DNA of 64,000 bases from Eledone cirrhosa (lineage: Eukaryota): assembly GCA_964016885.1 (NCBI GenBank), contig OZ024743.1:374790001-374854000 (forward strand), read 5' to 3'. Numbering within the stretch: position 1 is the stretch's first letter; the number at the start of each line of letters is the position of its first letter. Both the position numbers and the translations under genes were made by a program. The notes beneath the pieces are model-generated. The model worked only from the letters and a program-made list of their open reading frames with translations. It did not search any database and was not told the origin of the DNA. This document shows positions 12,818-28,069 of the stretch, piece after piece.

Positions 12818-13140
12818 CCAGGGAGTGTAACTTGGGTTACTGTAGGTTCACTTGGGTGAGCAGTCGATGTTTAGGTTCACTTCAGTGTGGAGGTGTATAC
12901 AGAGTGTATTGAAGTTAAATAAGGTAACAACGACGATTGGTTACTCCTTCATTACGTTTATTTCAATGTTAATGGAAGAATCCATTCTTCCATTAACATT
13001 ACAAGGGGTCTGACGAGCCGCGGATTACAGAGTCATGTCAGATCGATACAGATCGAACCTTGAGCTGGTCAGTGGCGAAACGCGTGTCACCAACTAATAA
13101 ACGTAATGAAGGAGTAACCAATCGTCCTTGTTATCTTCTT

Positions 13141-13147
<7 letters not shown>
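12818..13147. mobile_element. Fold-back element with an HHR in the loop and a tail
   Basis: Arms ~12913-12962 / 13097-13146; internal hairpin aatgttaatggaagaat..attcttccattaacatt; left tail; (TA)n flanks. Confidence 0.7.
13007..13091 (+). ncRNA. Minimal type-I hammerhead ribozyme
   Basis: ggt-CTGACGA(13010-13016)-gccgc...gtggc-GAAA(13077-13080)-cgcgtg-TC-acc; canonical core and GUC triplet. Confidence 0.8.
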
Positions 13148-13204
<57 letters not shown>

Positions 13205-13252
13205 TAAAATATATATATATTATATATATATATATATATATAAAATATATAT

Positions 13253-13491
<239 letters not shown>

Positions 13492-13663
13492 TATATATAT
13501 AAAGCATATTAGTAATCGGTTTTTGTCACTCGAATCTATGAAGCTCGGTAACGTAGATCGAGAACTGTCTCCGCATACAGTTGTTTCTCACCCAACATAG
13601 AACTTCTACTCGAAATTGTTCTTAGAGTGATCTCCGGCGGAACAGCATATGTATGTATATATA

Positions 13664-13694
<31 letters not shown>

Positions 13695-13803
13695 ATGTAT
13701 CTTTATGTATAAATATAATTCAAATTAAAAGTTATTTGTATATATATAGAGAGAAAGAGCCATATAACGTTAGAAAAACACAGTGTTTTGTATATATATA
13801 TAT

Positions 13804-14003
13804 ATAACGGAGGAAATGTGGTAAGGAACTAGGTGGACCATAACGCACCAAAGTACTCAATACTTAGGGTAGTAGAGTGGGTAATAGGAACGAGTAGGAC
13901 CCTGACGGCTGAGCTCAAGCCGTTTCGACGGCTAATTCTGGACTCAAAGTCCAGAATTAGCCGTCGAAACGGCTTGAGCTCAGCCGTCGGGTTCCTACTC
14001 GTT

Positions 14004-14008
<5 letters not shown>
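13804..14008. mobile_element. Family B fold-back element
   Basis: Arms 13884-13944 / 13948-14008 with a 3-nt loop; tail on the left. Confidence 0.8.
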
Positions 14009-14092
<84 letters not shown>

Positions 14093-15944
14093 CATCGCCT
14101 TGAAGTATGTACTTTTTCCTAAAATTATATGCTTTATATATGTACAAAATACTATGTGTTTCTCTAATGATATATGGCTCTTTCTTTCTATATATATATA
14201 ATAGTATAAATGAAAAAACAGTAGACAAAAATAACATTGTTTACATACATATATAGAGAGAATAATGTGCACTTTTCTATATATATATGTATATAAACCA
14301 TGTTATTTTTCCTCCATATTCTTATTAATAAGCAATTTAATTTCATTATACACTTTTGTCGCATCAAGAAGACTATAAGCTGAAACCGGTACGAATAATA
14401 CGGAAATTCCTATTTTGTAAATAAATGTTTTGCTGTTATTCTAAGACAAAATCCCTTTAGCATATTTTTCTTTTTTACTATTACATATATCAACTCTTGT
14501 GTCATTTCTCTACATTCTAAATATATATATATATATATATGTGTGCGTGTATGTATATATATATGTATATATGTATACATGTACATCTCTCTCTCTCTAT
14601 ATATATATATATACTCTTTAATATTTTGCTCTTTTACTAGTTTCATTTATTGATTTTAACTGTGACCATACTGAAGCGCAGCCTTCGAGGATTTTGTCGA
14701 TTATATTGACACCAGTACTATTTTGGAGGGCTAGGGGTACTTATTTTAGTGAGCTGTATATTTCGAAGTACTAAGTTAGGACGTAAAAAAAGGCCACCGG
14801 CAGCTCAGCAATATAGACATTAATACACGGACAGATAAACACACAATTCTACAGCGGGCTTCGGCAGAGTTATCTCTCCCAATTTTCACTGACAATTCTC
14901 TGGCTACTATTATATAAACTATTGTCCTGTATGGGAGTTTGTACACTATTTCCTTTCTTTTTCGGTATGGTAACTCTAATAATTAAATTTATCATGCATA
15001 CATAATAAAAAAGATTTTAACTGCTTAGATTATACATACATACATGCATGTATACCTACATAAATACATACATACATTCATACATATGTGTATGTATATA
15101 TATATATACACACACAAAGGCACACATATTCTTTACAGATACGATACGCCATTTAAGACATAATACAAATATTGATCTGTTGGTGGGGAAAATCATTTAA
15201 ATTTAATTAATACATTTGTTAATGGTTAAGAGGGTTGAAGTACTATTTAAATGGAACTTCGAAAGAATGAAAATTTGGCCTTATGTTGAAACAATATGGA
15301 AGCAAACATGAATGCAAGGCAGCAATGGTAAGTGGAACTTTTGAAATATCTTCCAATATCGAGTTCATATTCATGTTACTGTTGTTGTTGTCGTTTATAG
15401 CTTTCCAGCTTAGGCGGTCAGGTTACATCCTGCAACCTAAACTGGCGATCTCACCCCAGCTAGTCCAGCTAAATTATTTGATCTCAGCCTGGCCAGCAAG
15501 ACAATCATAGCCCAGCTAGGTTATTGCAGTTCATATAGCACATTGAGCCAAGTGACAAAAAGTCGGCCCAGCGAACATGGTCATTTCATTTCAGACAATC
15601 TCAAATACAGTTAACCCAGCTAGGCCGTTAAAAGAGATTTCAGGCCACGCATCCCAGGAGAGTCAGGTATCCCAACAAAGTCAGCAATGCCATTTCGGCT
15701 TTTACTGTCGAGTTATATCGAACATCTCCTTTCAGCTACGCCATTTAACTCCAGGCAAGCCAACGCAGTTCAGCTAACCCTGCCAAGCCAGAGTTTTCCA
15801 GCCAATTTTCAGAACATCTGTTCAGGTCATCTCAAGTTAGCCAGCCTGGACAAAGCAACTATACTTAGAACGTAGAAAACCCGATATCATCATAATAGAG
15901 AAAAAACAGCAAACAATGTCTGATATTGGATGTATATATATATA

Positions 15945-16088
15945 TATACGTCGGTCCTGCAGACGACAAGGTTTATGACAAATAAAGCAAGAAAAAGGAA
16001 AGATAGGAAAAGCTAGCTTGTGAGATAGGAACCTATGGTCGATGGAGAAAGTGGACGTAATACCGATTGATGTGGGTGCACTAGATAC
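15945..16088 (+). pseudogene. Old RLE (R4/Dong-like) endonuclease fragment
   Basis: LWSMEKVDVIPIDVGALDT resembles IWNCHEVKVIPIVIGALGT of the intact element. Confidence 0.55.
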
Positions 16089-16109
16089 AACAACAACAAC
16101 AACAACAAC

Positions 16110-16171
<62 letters not shown>

Positions 16172-16173
<2 letters not shown>

Positions 16174-18268
16174 GTTGACAAAAGGTACCACAGTTCTGAT
16201 AATGAAAGACCGAATCAAGGGTAATGATGTTACCAACTATAGACCTATCACATGTCTGCCCGTAATGTGGAACTGTTGACGAGCATTGTGTCTGAGGAAA
16301 TCTACCATCACCTCCACACAAACAACTTGTTGCCGGACGAACAGAAAGGATGCCGAAAGAAGTCACGTGGTACAAAGGACCATGTTGCTTATTGATAAGA
16401 TGGTAATGGGGAATTGCAGGAGGAGACACACTGATCTTGCCATGGGATGGATAGACTACAGAAAGGCATTTGACATGGTGCCTCATTCCTGGATCACCAA
16501 AAGCCTGGAGATCTTCAGGGTGGCAGATAACATCAGACAGTTGCTGGGCAGGAGTATGGGGTCCTGGGAGACAGAGTTGACATCAACTGGAGTATCCTTG
16601 GGAAGCGTGAAGATCAAGAGAGGTATCTTCCAGGGAGATAGCCTGTCCCCTCTGTTGTTTGTCCTTGCCCTGATGCCCTTGACCATTATGCTGCGAAAAG
16701 TGAGAGCAGGATACAAGTTGGGAAGGGGAGAGCTTACCATCAATCACCTCCTCTTCATGGACGATCTTAAGCTCTTCGGGAAAAGTGAGAAGGAGTTGGA
16801 TGTGCTTGTTGACACTGTCCGTATTTTCAGCAGTGATATATGTATGCAGTTTGGTATTGGTAAATGTGGAGTCATTGTGATGAGGAGGGGTAGGTTGAGC
16901 AGAAGTAACGGGATCCAGATACCAACAGGTGAGATGATAAAGGAAATTGACTCTGAGGAAGGATACAAGTATTTGGGCGTTCTGGAGGCTGATGGCATAA
17001 AGAACAAAAAAATGAAGGAATTGTTAAGAACTGAATACATTCGGAGAGTAAGGAGCGTATTGAAGTCACATCTGAACAGCAGAAATGCCATAAGCGCAGT
17101 AAATTCCCGAGCTGTGTCTATTATTAGGTACAGTGCGGGAATTCTGAGATGGAATGTTGCTGAACAAAAAGAAATGAATAGGAAGACTAGGATGCTATTG
17201 ACTATCTACAACATGTTCCACAAGAGGAGTGATGTCGATAGACTCTACCTAAGGAGATCTGAGGGTGGAAGAGGTCTTATCAGCATAGAGGACTGTGTTC
17301 AGATGGAGAAAAACAACCTATACAAATACGTGACCTATAGTAAGGAGCCAATGCTCAGAGCTGTACTGAAGGAGGGGACAGTAGGCCAGGGGATACCCAA
17401 GGAGGAAATAACATCAAGGAGGAAGAGCAGCCTTAAGGGAAAATCCCTTCATAGTACCTTCTTTGAGAAAACTGAATTTAGAGATCCACAGACATGGAAC
17501 TGGTTGAGAAGAGGAGACCTCAAAAAGGCTACAGAAGGAATGCTAATGGCTGCGCAGGAGCAGGCCCTCAAAACGAAGTGGTTGAAGCACCATATATACA
17601 AGGAGGAGGCTAGCCCACTGTGCAGGATCTGTGGAGAGAGAGAGGAGACTGTGGCTCACATTGTGTCCGAGTGTAAACACCTAGCCCAGACCCACTATAA
17701 GGGCTGGAGACACGATGTGATGGGCAGGGTGATCCACTGGCACCTGTGCAAAGTAAACAATCTACCACATTCTGAGAAATGGTATGAGCATAGGCCAGAG
17801 GCGGTGATGGAGAACAGTCAGGTGAAGGTGCTGTGGGATTTTAGGATACAGACGGACAAAAAACTGGAACACAATAGACCTGACCTGGTGGTTGTGGACA
17901 AAGAAAAAAGATCGTGCCTGATTGTGGATGTGGCCTGCCCGTTCGACACGAGAGTGCAAGAGAAGGAGAGGGAGAAAATTAACCGATACCAGGACCTAAA
18001 GTGGGAGGTGAAAAGGATTTGGAACTGCCATGAAGTCAAAGTGATCCCGATTGTCATAGGCGCACTGGGGACTATCTCCAAAGGTTTCCAGGGATGGTTA
18101 AAGAAAATCGGCCCCTTCACGCTTTTTGGAACGCTTCAAAAGGCATGCTTGCTTGGAACGGCAAGAACCCTCCGATACGTCCTGAATATCTGAGGCTGCA
18201 GGTAGTGGCTTGATATTCAATCCAACGGACTTTCCAGTTAACCAACATCAATGACTGAGATTCAAGGA
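16172..18268 (+). mobile_element. 5'-truncated R4/Dong-like RLE non-LTR retrotransposon in (TAA)n
   Basis: RT (GIFQGDSLSP, FMDDL), CCHC knuckle (CRIC..H..EC), RHD and PD..D RLE motifs; nearly identical to 56394-60920; compensating frameshifts near 16270 and 16383. Confidence 0.92.
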
Positions 18269-18279
18269 ATAACAATAAC

Positions 18280-18350
<71 letters not shown>

Positions 18351-18353
<3 letters not shown>

Positions 18354-18850
18354 TTTCATTTATTAACCACAAGGGCCGACATGTAGGGGACAATGCAAAG
18401 ACAGGGACAGTGGGGGTTTACAATAAGGTCGAGTAAAAGTGCACAATGGCAAGACTAATTTAACAATGAAGATATAAATATAAAATAAACTATGCATAAA
18501 TATAACAAAATAAATTCCCCGATAGGGGGTGGACGACTCTGGGGTGACTCAGGTACCCACCAATCCTGAACCACCCAGCGCTTCTAGGGCACCCAGGGAG
18601 AGCTCCCCTCTCCTCAAGTTAGCTAACCTATAGGCGCATGGTCAGAGTAGGCCCATTCACACGGGCCATTCTCGCCACATTCATCCACCTTTTAGCAAAT
18701 GTACTGGGGGGAAGCACTTCTCTCTCCACCCTCACCTTCCTTTCCATGTGAAACTTGTAGAAGTTGTTGAGGGATTGGCCGAAGAGAAAAGTGTCTGTCT
18801 TCAGTCCTTTTAATCTGGTCCACTATATAACCTCTTTCGCAACGGCCACC
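18351..18850 (-). mobile_element. Tx1/L1-like element, 3' fragment
   Basis: Homologous to the ORF2 C-terminus and 3' UTR at 55880-56350; ends cccttgtggttaataaatgaaatca followed by (att)n. Confidence 0.8.
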
Positions 18851-18870
18851 TTAATAATAATAATAATGAT

Positions 18871-18924
<54 letters not shown>

Positions 18925-18934
18925 AATAATAATA

Positions 18935-19280
18935 AGAAGAATTCCTTTATTGGCCAAGGTCTATTACATACAGGGGACAATATAAAAAGACAAGGCCAGT
19001 GGTGGTTTATAATAAAATTGAGTAAAAACAAATTAAGAAAACCAATTAACAATAAAAATTACAACAATTAAATTCCCCAATAAGGGCACCCCTCTCCTCA
19101 TCAAATTAACCAGCGTACAGGCGCATGCTCAGAGTAGGCCCATTCACACGGGCCATTCTCGTTACATTCACCCACTTTTTTTCAAATGTACTGGATAGCA
19201 GCACTTCTCTTCTCCACGCTCACTTTCCTTTCCATGTGAAATGTGAAAATGTTGATGAGTCCTTTCAACTTGGTCCACCA
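18935..19280 (-). mobile_element. Tx1/L1-like element, second 3' fragment
   Basis: ctcagagtaggcccattcacacgggccattct matches the ORF2 end (RMARVNGPTL). Confidence 0.7.
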
Positions 19281-19632
19281 CACGACTTCATTTACTACCA
19301 CCACCACACAAAATAATAATATAATAAAAACTTTAATATTTTTCCAACAACGTAAGATAAATATTTAAACATTTTCTAATTCAGTTTAGGGAAGTCTTGT
19401 TAAGGTCAGAGAAATATATAAACATCACATTTTTGCAGTCAACTTCAAATTTACCTCAAGTCATAAAAATATCATTTTTGTCTTATTGAGTTGGAGAGGA
19501 ATTTTACCATTATTTAATAAAACATTTGATTAATTATTTATTATAACTATTTTCTCTCTTTTTTTCTCTGCCTTGACATCATTGTGACAGCTTTTAAAAA
19601 AATGTGAAACAGTTAAACGTTTTTGTGAAAGA

Positions 19633-20010
19633 ATGATGATGATAATGATGGTGATGATGGTGATGATGATGGTGGTGATGACGATGATGATGATAATGAT
19701 GATGATGATGATGAGGATGATAAAGATTACTATGATCGTGATAATGATGGTAACATCAACGTTGATTTTGATAATGACAACGATGTTACCCGTGATGGTG
19801 ATGATGATGATGACGACGACGAAGACAAAGATGATGATGAGGATGTTGACGATAATCATCATGACGATGATGATGACTATAACCATGACTATAAAAATGA
19901 CGTCAATATCAATTATAATGATGATGATAATGATGATAATGATAATGATAATAATGCCGAAGCTATTCGTGATAATGATGGTGATGATAATATTGATGAT
20001 GATAATGGCG
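19633..20010. repeat. Degenerate (GAT)n/(GATAAT)n microsatellite
   Basis: Direct inspection. Confidence 0.9.
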
Positions 20011-20552
20011 ACAAAAATTCTCACAACTGTTGACCAATATGATGGTATTTATTAAAAGAGTCAAGCCATGGACTAAGAGCGAAACTATTGCAAACATAAA
20101 ATGGATACTGAAGACAAAATCAAAATAAAAAAATTAATAAAATCCTAATTAAAAATTAAAAATATATAAATAAAATGGAAAAAAAAAAAATAATAATATT
20201 CAAAAAATAAATTAAAAAACTGGAAATTTAAATATTTGAAAACAATCTATTCAATCATATGTTTGTTAATTAACTTACTTAAATAGTGTATTTACTCATA
20301 TGCACAGTTGCATATACATTCATATATGTATACACATATATATATACACATATGTACATACATAAATACATACATACATCCATACATATATACATACATA
20401 CATACATAAATACAAACAAACATACATACACAAATACATACGTATCAACACATATAGATACATGCATGTATACTTAAAAACAAACACACACTAAAGTCTA
20501 ATGGAAGACACTTGCTTCTCGGCTAGAAACTAAATTTCTCTCTCTCTTTCTC

Positions 20553-20617
<65 letters not shown>

Positions 20618-20818
20618 TTTAATATAGAAAAGGTTCTACAGGACTAGAACTGTTTCATTCATGCGAAATCATCAGGAAGCTCAAGTCATAGATGATGATT
20701 TCGCATGAATGAAACAATTCTAGTCCTGTAGAAGCTTTTCTATATTAAACATGTATACTCTGCTATGTATTGAGTACCTTACTTACTGTGGTTACCCCCG
20801 ATTGAACCCGGGTTAACT

Positions 20819-20820
<2 letters not shown>
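20618..20820. mobile_element. Fold-back element with HHR-like cores and tail
   Basis: Arms ~20619-20674 / 20693-20749; minus strand CTGATGA-tttcgcatgaat-GAAA-cagttctag-TC (stem I poor); tail hairpin at 20757-20777. Confidence 0.65.
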
Positions 20821-20905
<85 letters not shown>

Positions 20906-20991
20906 CATATATATATATAAACACACACACTCACACACACACTCACACACACACGCACACACACACGCACACACACATATATATACGATGT

Positions 20992-21240
20992 GAAGGTCTG
21001 TGGCCTTGTGGTTAGAGTGTTGAGCTCACAATTCTAAGGGTGTGAGTTCAATGTTTTGTGCAGGGGGTGTGTTGTGACATTGAGCACGATATTTTATTTT
21101 ACTCTGCTCCAAGTCCACTCAGCAGTGACACTGCTTCCAAGTTGTATCGGTTTATACCTTTCTTTTGCACAACAGTGATGTGGAGAGGGGTGACTTGATT
21201 GCGTGGACGACGGTAGGTCTTCCACAAAACACCTTGCATA
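20992..21240 (+). mobile_element. Older tRNA-derived SINE of a second family
   Basis: A box tggccttgtgg, B box gagttcaatg, then a ttgtgacattgagcacg...gtccactcagc core. Confidence 0.55.
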
Positions 21241-21319
21241 TAATACCTTCATGTGTACATACACACACACTCATATATATGTATATATATGTATATATAT
21301 GTATATATATATATATATA

Positions 21320-21730
21320 TATTATTCAAGATATTAATAAATGAAAAATATTCTCATAATCAAAATATATATTCTATCATACATATTTCAAAGGTAGGTT
21401 TTCATCAGACAAAATATAAGATTTGATATGTGACATGTGACATACCCCTACGGTTTTGATTATTCAATTCCAGTATTGGAATTGAATAATCAAAACCGTA
21501 GCGGTATGTCACATATCAAATCTTATATTTTATCTGATGAAAACGTACTTAAATACCATTGTACCTTTGAAATATGTATAATAAAATACATATTTTGATT
21601 ATGGGAATATTTTTCAATTATTAATATTTTGAATAATATTAAATACTCCAGGAAAATCCGTTGTCGAGTGCTTCTAATCTATTGTAAAATTGTATTGTTG
21701 AATAATCAACGAACCATATTAATCTTTGGT
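21320..21730. mobile_element. Palindromic hammerhead-bearing element, diverged family A
   Basis: Arms ~21320-21472 / 21477-21640; tail on the right; (TA)n flanks. Confidence 0.8.
21526..21588 (+). ncRNA. Minimal type-I hammerhead ribozyme
   Basis: tattttat-CTGATGA(21534-21540)-aaacgtac..gtaccttt-GAAA(21569-21572)-tatgta-TA-ataaaata; perfect 8-bp stem I. Confidence 0.8.
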
Positions 21731-22635
<905 letters not shown>

Positions 22636-23078
22636 ACTTTATTATATTTCCAATATACTGGATGCCAAGCTAGCAAAAAAAGAAATACTTTTATAATTCG
22701 GCAGTCATCTTGATGTGCAGAGTTGTAATTAATTCCTTATTTTCAGAGACTTTGTGTTAAATACTTTTTAAATTTTGCTCTGAATGACGAGCGTAAAATT
22801 TGTCGATTCCAAACAAATGCCAAGAATAAACATCCCCAATGTGTATACAATTATATATTATGTTTATTTCAAATATACTCAAGATGATTCAATACATATA
22901 CACAAACATATATACTAATATAAATTAATAAATTCAATATATATATATATATACACACTTATACTTGCAAACTTATATATTTATATATAAATATGCATAT
23001 ATGTCTATGTTGGTGTGTGCATGTGTGTCTTTGTATGTGCAAATATGTGTATATATATACATATATATTTATATGATA

Positions 23079-23114
<36 letters not shown>

Positions 23115-23384
23115 TGTATGTATGTATGTATGTATGTATGTATGTATGTATGTATGTATACAAAGAGAGAAATAGAGAAACGTGTGATCAACGAAAAGAA
23201 GAGACGGAATTAAGGAGAAATCTATGATATGGACAGTTGTAGATTTTATGTTAATTGCGGCTTTATGGGAAAGTAGAGGAAAGTACTACAAAAGCCATAG
23301 AGGAGAGGAAAGGGAGGGGAAAATCAAGGACAACAGAAGAAAATATGGGAGGGGGCTGATGGGCTCTTGGTTTCGGGAGCGGTG

Positions 23385-23595
23385 GTGTTGGAGCTGCGCC
23401 CCCTGGATAATGACATTCGAAACCCGCTGCAACAGCCACCCCATCTTGCAAGGTTCTTTCCTCAGACGGGCTACTGACGTTCCGATGTTGAGGAGGAGCT
23501 CGGCAGTACAGGGTCCAAGTACTCTTGAGGTTTCGACGGCGACCGGTGCGAAGAGAAAGTGGCCGGACACACTCTGGTATTTGTTGTACTTTGTC
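23385..23595 (-). pseudogene. CRE-like RLE non-LTR retrotransposon C-terminal fragment
   Basis: FAPVAVETSRVLGP...LLQRVSNVIIQG resembles the F-x-P-x-A-x-E-T-x-G...L-x-Q-R-x-S...Q-R-G-N C-terminal motif of CRE-type elements. Confidence 0.6.
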
Positions 23596-24134
23596 ACAAA
23601 CACATACATGAACAGAATTACAGTAACACCATACTAACGTACCAGATGTGATTGGGTTAAAATCCGCTTACATCTGATATTACCCTTCCATACTTAACAC
23701 TTATTTGTATTGGAAAGCCTCAATGCTTGTATATTTTCGTTCCACAATTAACACTATTTTTATGGAGTAACACATGTGCTATCACACTGCCTGAAATCTC
23801 CCTTCGTACTCCCATACAATAGTGTTTGTTTTAAGTTTAGCTAATCTAATCTAATCTAGCCGAGTTTACACTCGCAAATAAGAAGAACCAGGGCCGCGCC
23901 TATGAGCATTGGATTTGGTGTACTTCATATTTGTTTCGGTTGTTGAATACAATCAGGGTTCGCTGCTTCTCCTGATGGTCAATAGTTCACTTCTAGCTTG
24001 AGCGAGAGTGCCTTTCCATTGTCAATTTGCATTGATCATCTGCAAAGCTGCATTGTTCCCATAACCACCACATCAGTCTTTCGATGCGTGCAGCTGGAAC
24101 TACTGCCATCCATTGCTTTGGCAGGATTTTTTAT

Positions 24135-24266
24135 TTTAGATGGCCGTTGTCTCTAATGACTTCTTCCGCCCTTTGCCAGGTTTTGTTTTTTGTCCTGCAC
24201 GGTGTCCAAAATTACCCTCCTCACCAAGTAAACTTGGTGGGGTTACCGATTTAGTGGCCGACGGCT
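24135..24266. repeat. Dispersed repeat, probably a LINE 5' region (second copy 36231-36322)
   Basis: gatggccgttg...ccgccctttg.cagg...gtgtccaaaa.accct.ctcacca at both loci. Confidence 0.55.
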
Positions 24267-24638
24267 TAAGTTTATATATTTATCAAAAATATAACATAAT
24301 AAATTTTATTTAAGATAAATATTAATTTATGTTAAATTCTGTTACAAACATCAACATAATGATGAGAAAGATAATTATTTTCACGTAATCTTTAAAAATA
24401 TTTTTTTTATTTTCAAAATTATTTAAACATTATGGGCAGTGACTTTTACATCGTTACGAAATAGTTAAAGCAATATTTTTCTTCTCTTCTCCTTCCTATT
24501 GAGACGAACATCAACTGTCTGAAATCTAGATTTTTCATCATCAATTCTATATTTTCGGTGATGTCAGTTTCTCTTTGTTCATGATCCTCTCAGGATATAT
24601 ATTTTTTAACTCGATATATGTGTGTGCGTGCATGTATT

Positions 24639-24676
<38 letters not shown>

Positions 24677-24849
24677 CGTATGTAATATATATATATATAA
24701 ATATATATTACATATATATATTTATATATACATTACATATATATACATATATATATACAAATATATAGATTGGCATATATATGTATCATATATATACATA
24801 TCCTAGATATACTATGCTAACGAAAATTTGTTTGCGCGCGTGTGTCTGC

Positions 24850-24885
<36 letters not shown>

Positions 24886-24953
24886 ACGGGTATTATTGCA
24901 AGCGAAAGGAAAGAGTAATCAATATGTATGTATTAACAACTTGACTCATTTTT

Positions 24954-25005
24954 GCATTACCATAGGTTTCGTAGACGTAAAGAAATACGTCTAACTCTTC
25001 CGATG
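24954..25005 (-). ncRNA. Hammerhead-like motif with mutated core
   Basis: cat-CGGAAGA-gttagacgta..tacgtctac-GAAA-cctatgg-TA-atg. Confidence 0.5.
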
Positions 25006-25205
25006 GAGTAGGGAATACATATCGTATGAGTATGGCAGAAATTGACCAATTGTAATGCAAGAATAAGACAAACTGCTAAGACATATACATTAATACATGC
25101 ATGCACACACATAATAACACGCACACATATTTATATTAATATTTATATTTATATATGTATGTATATATATTTATATATGTATCTATATATATTTATATAG
25201 GTATG

Positions 25206-25351
<146 letters not shown>

Positions 25352-25572
25352 TACGTATATAAATATATTCGTTAAAATTATATGTTCGCGTGTGTACATG
25401 TGTACGTGCGTATATATATATATACTTGCTTATAATATGCAAGTGATATGAAATAATATCCTAGTGTGATTCAGGGCCTAAGTGTGTATTTAACTATCTG
25501 ATTTCACACATTGCAGGAAATATATACATGCACAACGCACACAAATACACACACCTATATACATCATACATA

Positions 25573-25646
<74 letters not shown>

Positions 25647-25677
25647 CATACATATATATATATACATACATATATAT

Positions 25678-25832
<155 letters not shown>

Positions 25833-25842
25833 TATATATATG

Positions 25843-25902
<60 letters not shown>

Positions 25903-26389
25903 CTCATACATTCGCAAACGTTTACAAATTATAAATGTCTATATTTGTATTAACTTTTCTTCTGTATATCGTATTTTCAGATCTTACACTGATTTTATTC
26001 AGCCAATTTATGCACATATTTCACAATAAATATATGAAAAAAATATTTTAAAAAAGGTACCTAAGCCGAAAAAAATATTACATTTCAATCAGAAAAAATG
26101 AATTATATATTTTTGCTTCCTTTACTTTCTTAATAAAGAAAGAATTTGTATATACCATTAAAGAAATTGCAGCTTTGCTATCAATATTTCTAATTTTTTA
26201 TAACTATATATACATAAATTAATAAATAGTATGTATATGCATGTGCATATACATATATATATATATCTATATGCACATAATTGTTTACCTATAAATATAT
26301 GCATATATATCATGTATATAATTATACCTATATATCATATATATATATATATACGTATATATATGTATACACACTTACATACACATACG

Positions 26390-26459
<70 letters not shown>

Positions 26460-26933
26460 CACACACATATATATATATATACATACCTACAGATATATGT
26501 ATACGTACATATATATGTATACGTATATATATTTATATATACGTGCAGATTCATAATTTGTGAAAGCGCTCGTCATTATAACATTATATCACGTGTCTTG
26601 CTTATTTTAGCCTGGTATATAGAGTCACACTGAAGCCACAATTTACATTCAACGTTATTTTAGTTCGGCTGTGTAAGCCAACACATCATTCATCTGTTTT
26701 ATTGGGCTCTGCTTGCGATACCTACTTTTAGCTATTTCAAATAGACCATTGACTCGGAACACAATTTGCGTGTCACTTCACCTTCTCTCTTCAGCAAACT
26801 GATTCTTAGTGGTACATATAGTGCTACATATATGCACTGGAGCATGCACATATATGCACGTACAGGTATATATATATATGTATATATATAACATTATATC
26901 ATGTGTCTTGCATATTTTAACCTGCGGAATTAC

Positions 26934-27002
<69 letters not shown>

Positions 27003-27016
27003 CATATATATATATA

Positions 27017-27056
<40 letters not shown>

Positions 27057-27766
27057 CACATATGTATAAATACTTACCTGCCTCTATACATATATAACAT
27101 TCATATGTATATCCATATATATATATATGTGTGCGTGTGTGTGAATAGTCTAAGATACATTATATATATATATATAATGTATTTTAGACTTTCAAATGCT
27201 GCAAATATTAATGTGATCACCCGTTGCCCGCCTTTCATGTTTTCTGCTACCGTTGCTGCTAAACTTCTGGGAGATACAACATTTCACTTAGTCTCCTTTA
27301 GAACCATCCATTCCACACTAGGTGACAGGGTATTGCTCTGCATGCTTGTTACGTTCTTGCCCAATTATTGTACATGCTTGACCTACTTATTCGGTGGGTG
27401 GTTTTAATTTATCGATGATATTAGTGTTGCTGTTGTATTTACAGAATATTTAATATCAATAAATAAACAGGAAGGGTCAGAATTTCCTTCGGAGTCTTTC
27501 AATTGTTGCGAGACAAATTTCTGGCAGATTAGGAATTGGGTGGACCTTAACTTGGCTTTAGACAAGAGATCGCTGACCAGCAACTTTTAAGTCGATTTCG
27601 AGTGGCACTTAAGATTTTTTTAGTTATTATTATTATTATACTAAATATACTATTTTGTATTAAAATGAATAGAATGACCTAAGATTTGACCATTGAAAAA
27701 ATTTCAGATAAGATTGAAAATAAAAAAAATACATTTAGTTAGAATAAAGGTAATTAAACTCATGTT

Positions 27767-27803
<37 letters not shown>

Positions 27804-27920
27804 TATAGATATATAGATAGATAGATATCTTCCGTTGTAATGAATTAAACGGTTCTGACAGTCTCAAATACACACACACACGCACACATACATACACACA
27901 CATACACACATATATATATA

Positions 27921-28069
<149 letters not shown>

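Noticed and set aside
13804-14008. Fold-back elements as MITEs of a Tc1/mariner-type DNA transposon
   Set aside because: The ends are asymmetric (one arm has a tail), loops vary per copy, and HHR motifs point to a PLE origin; not fully excluded without genome-wide data.
15400-15860. Region rich in ccagc/cagcta words
   Set aside because: No consistent period, ORF or second copy in the window, so it cannot be classified.
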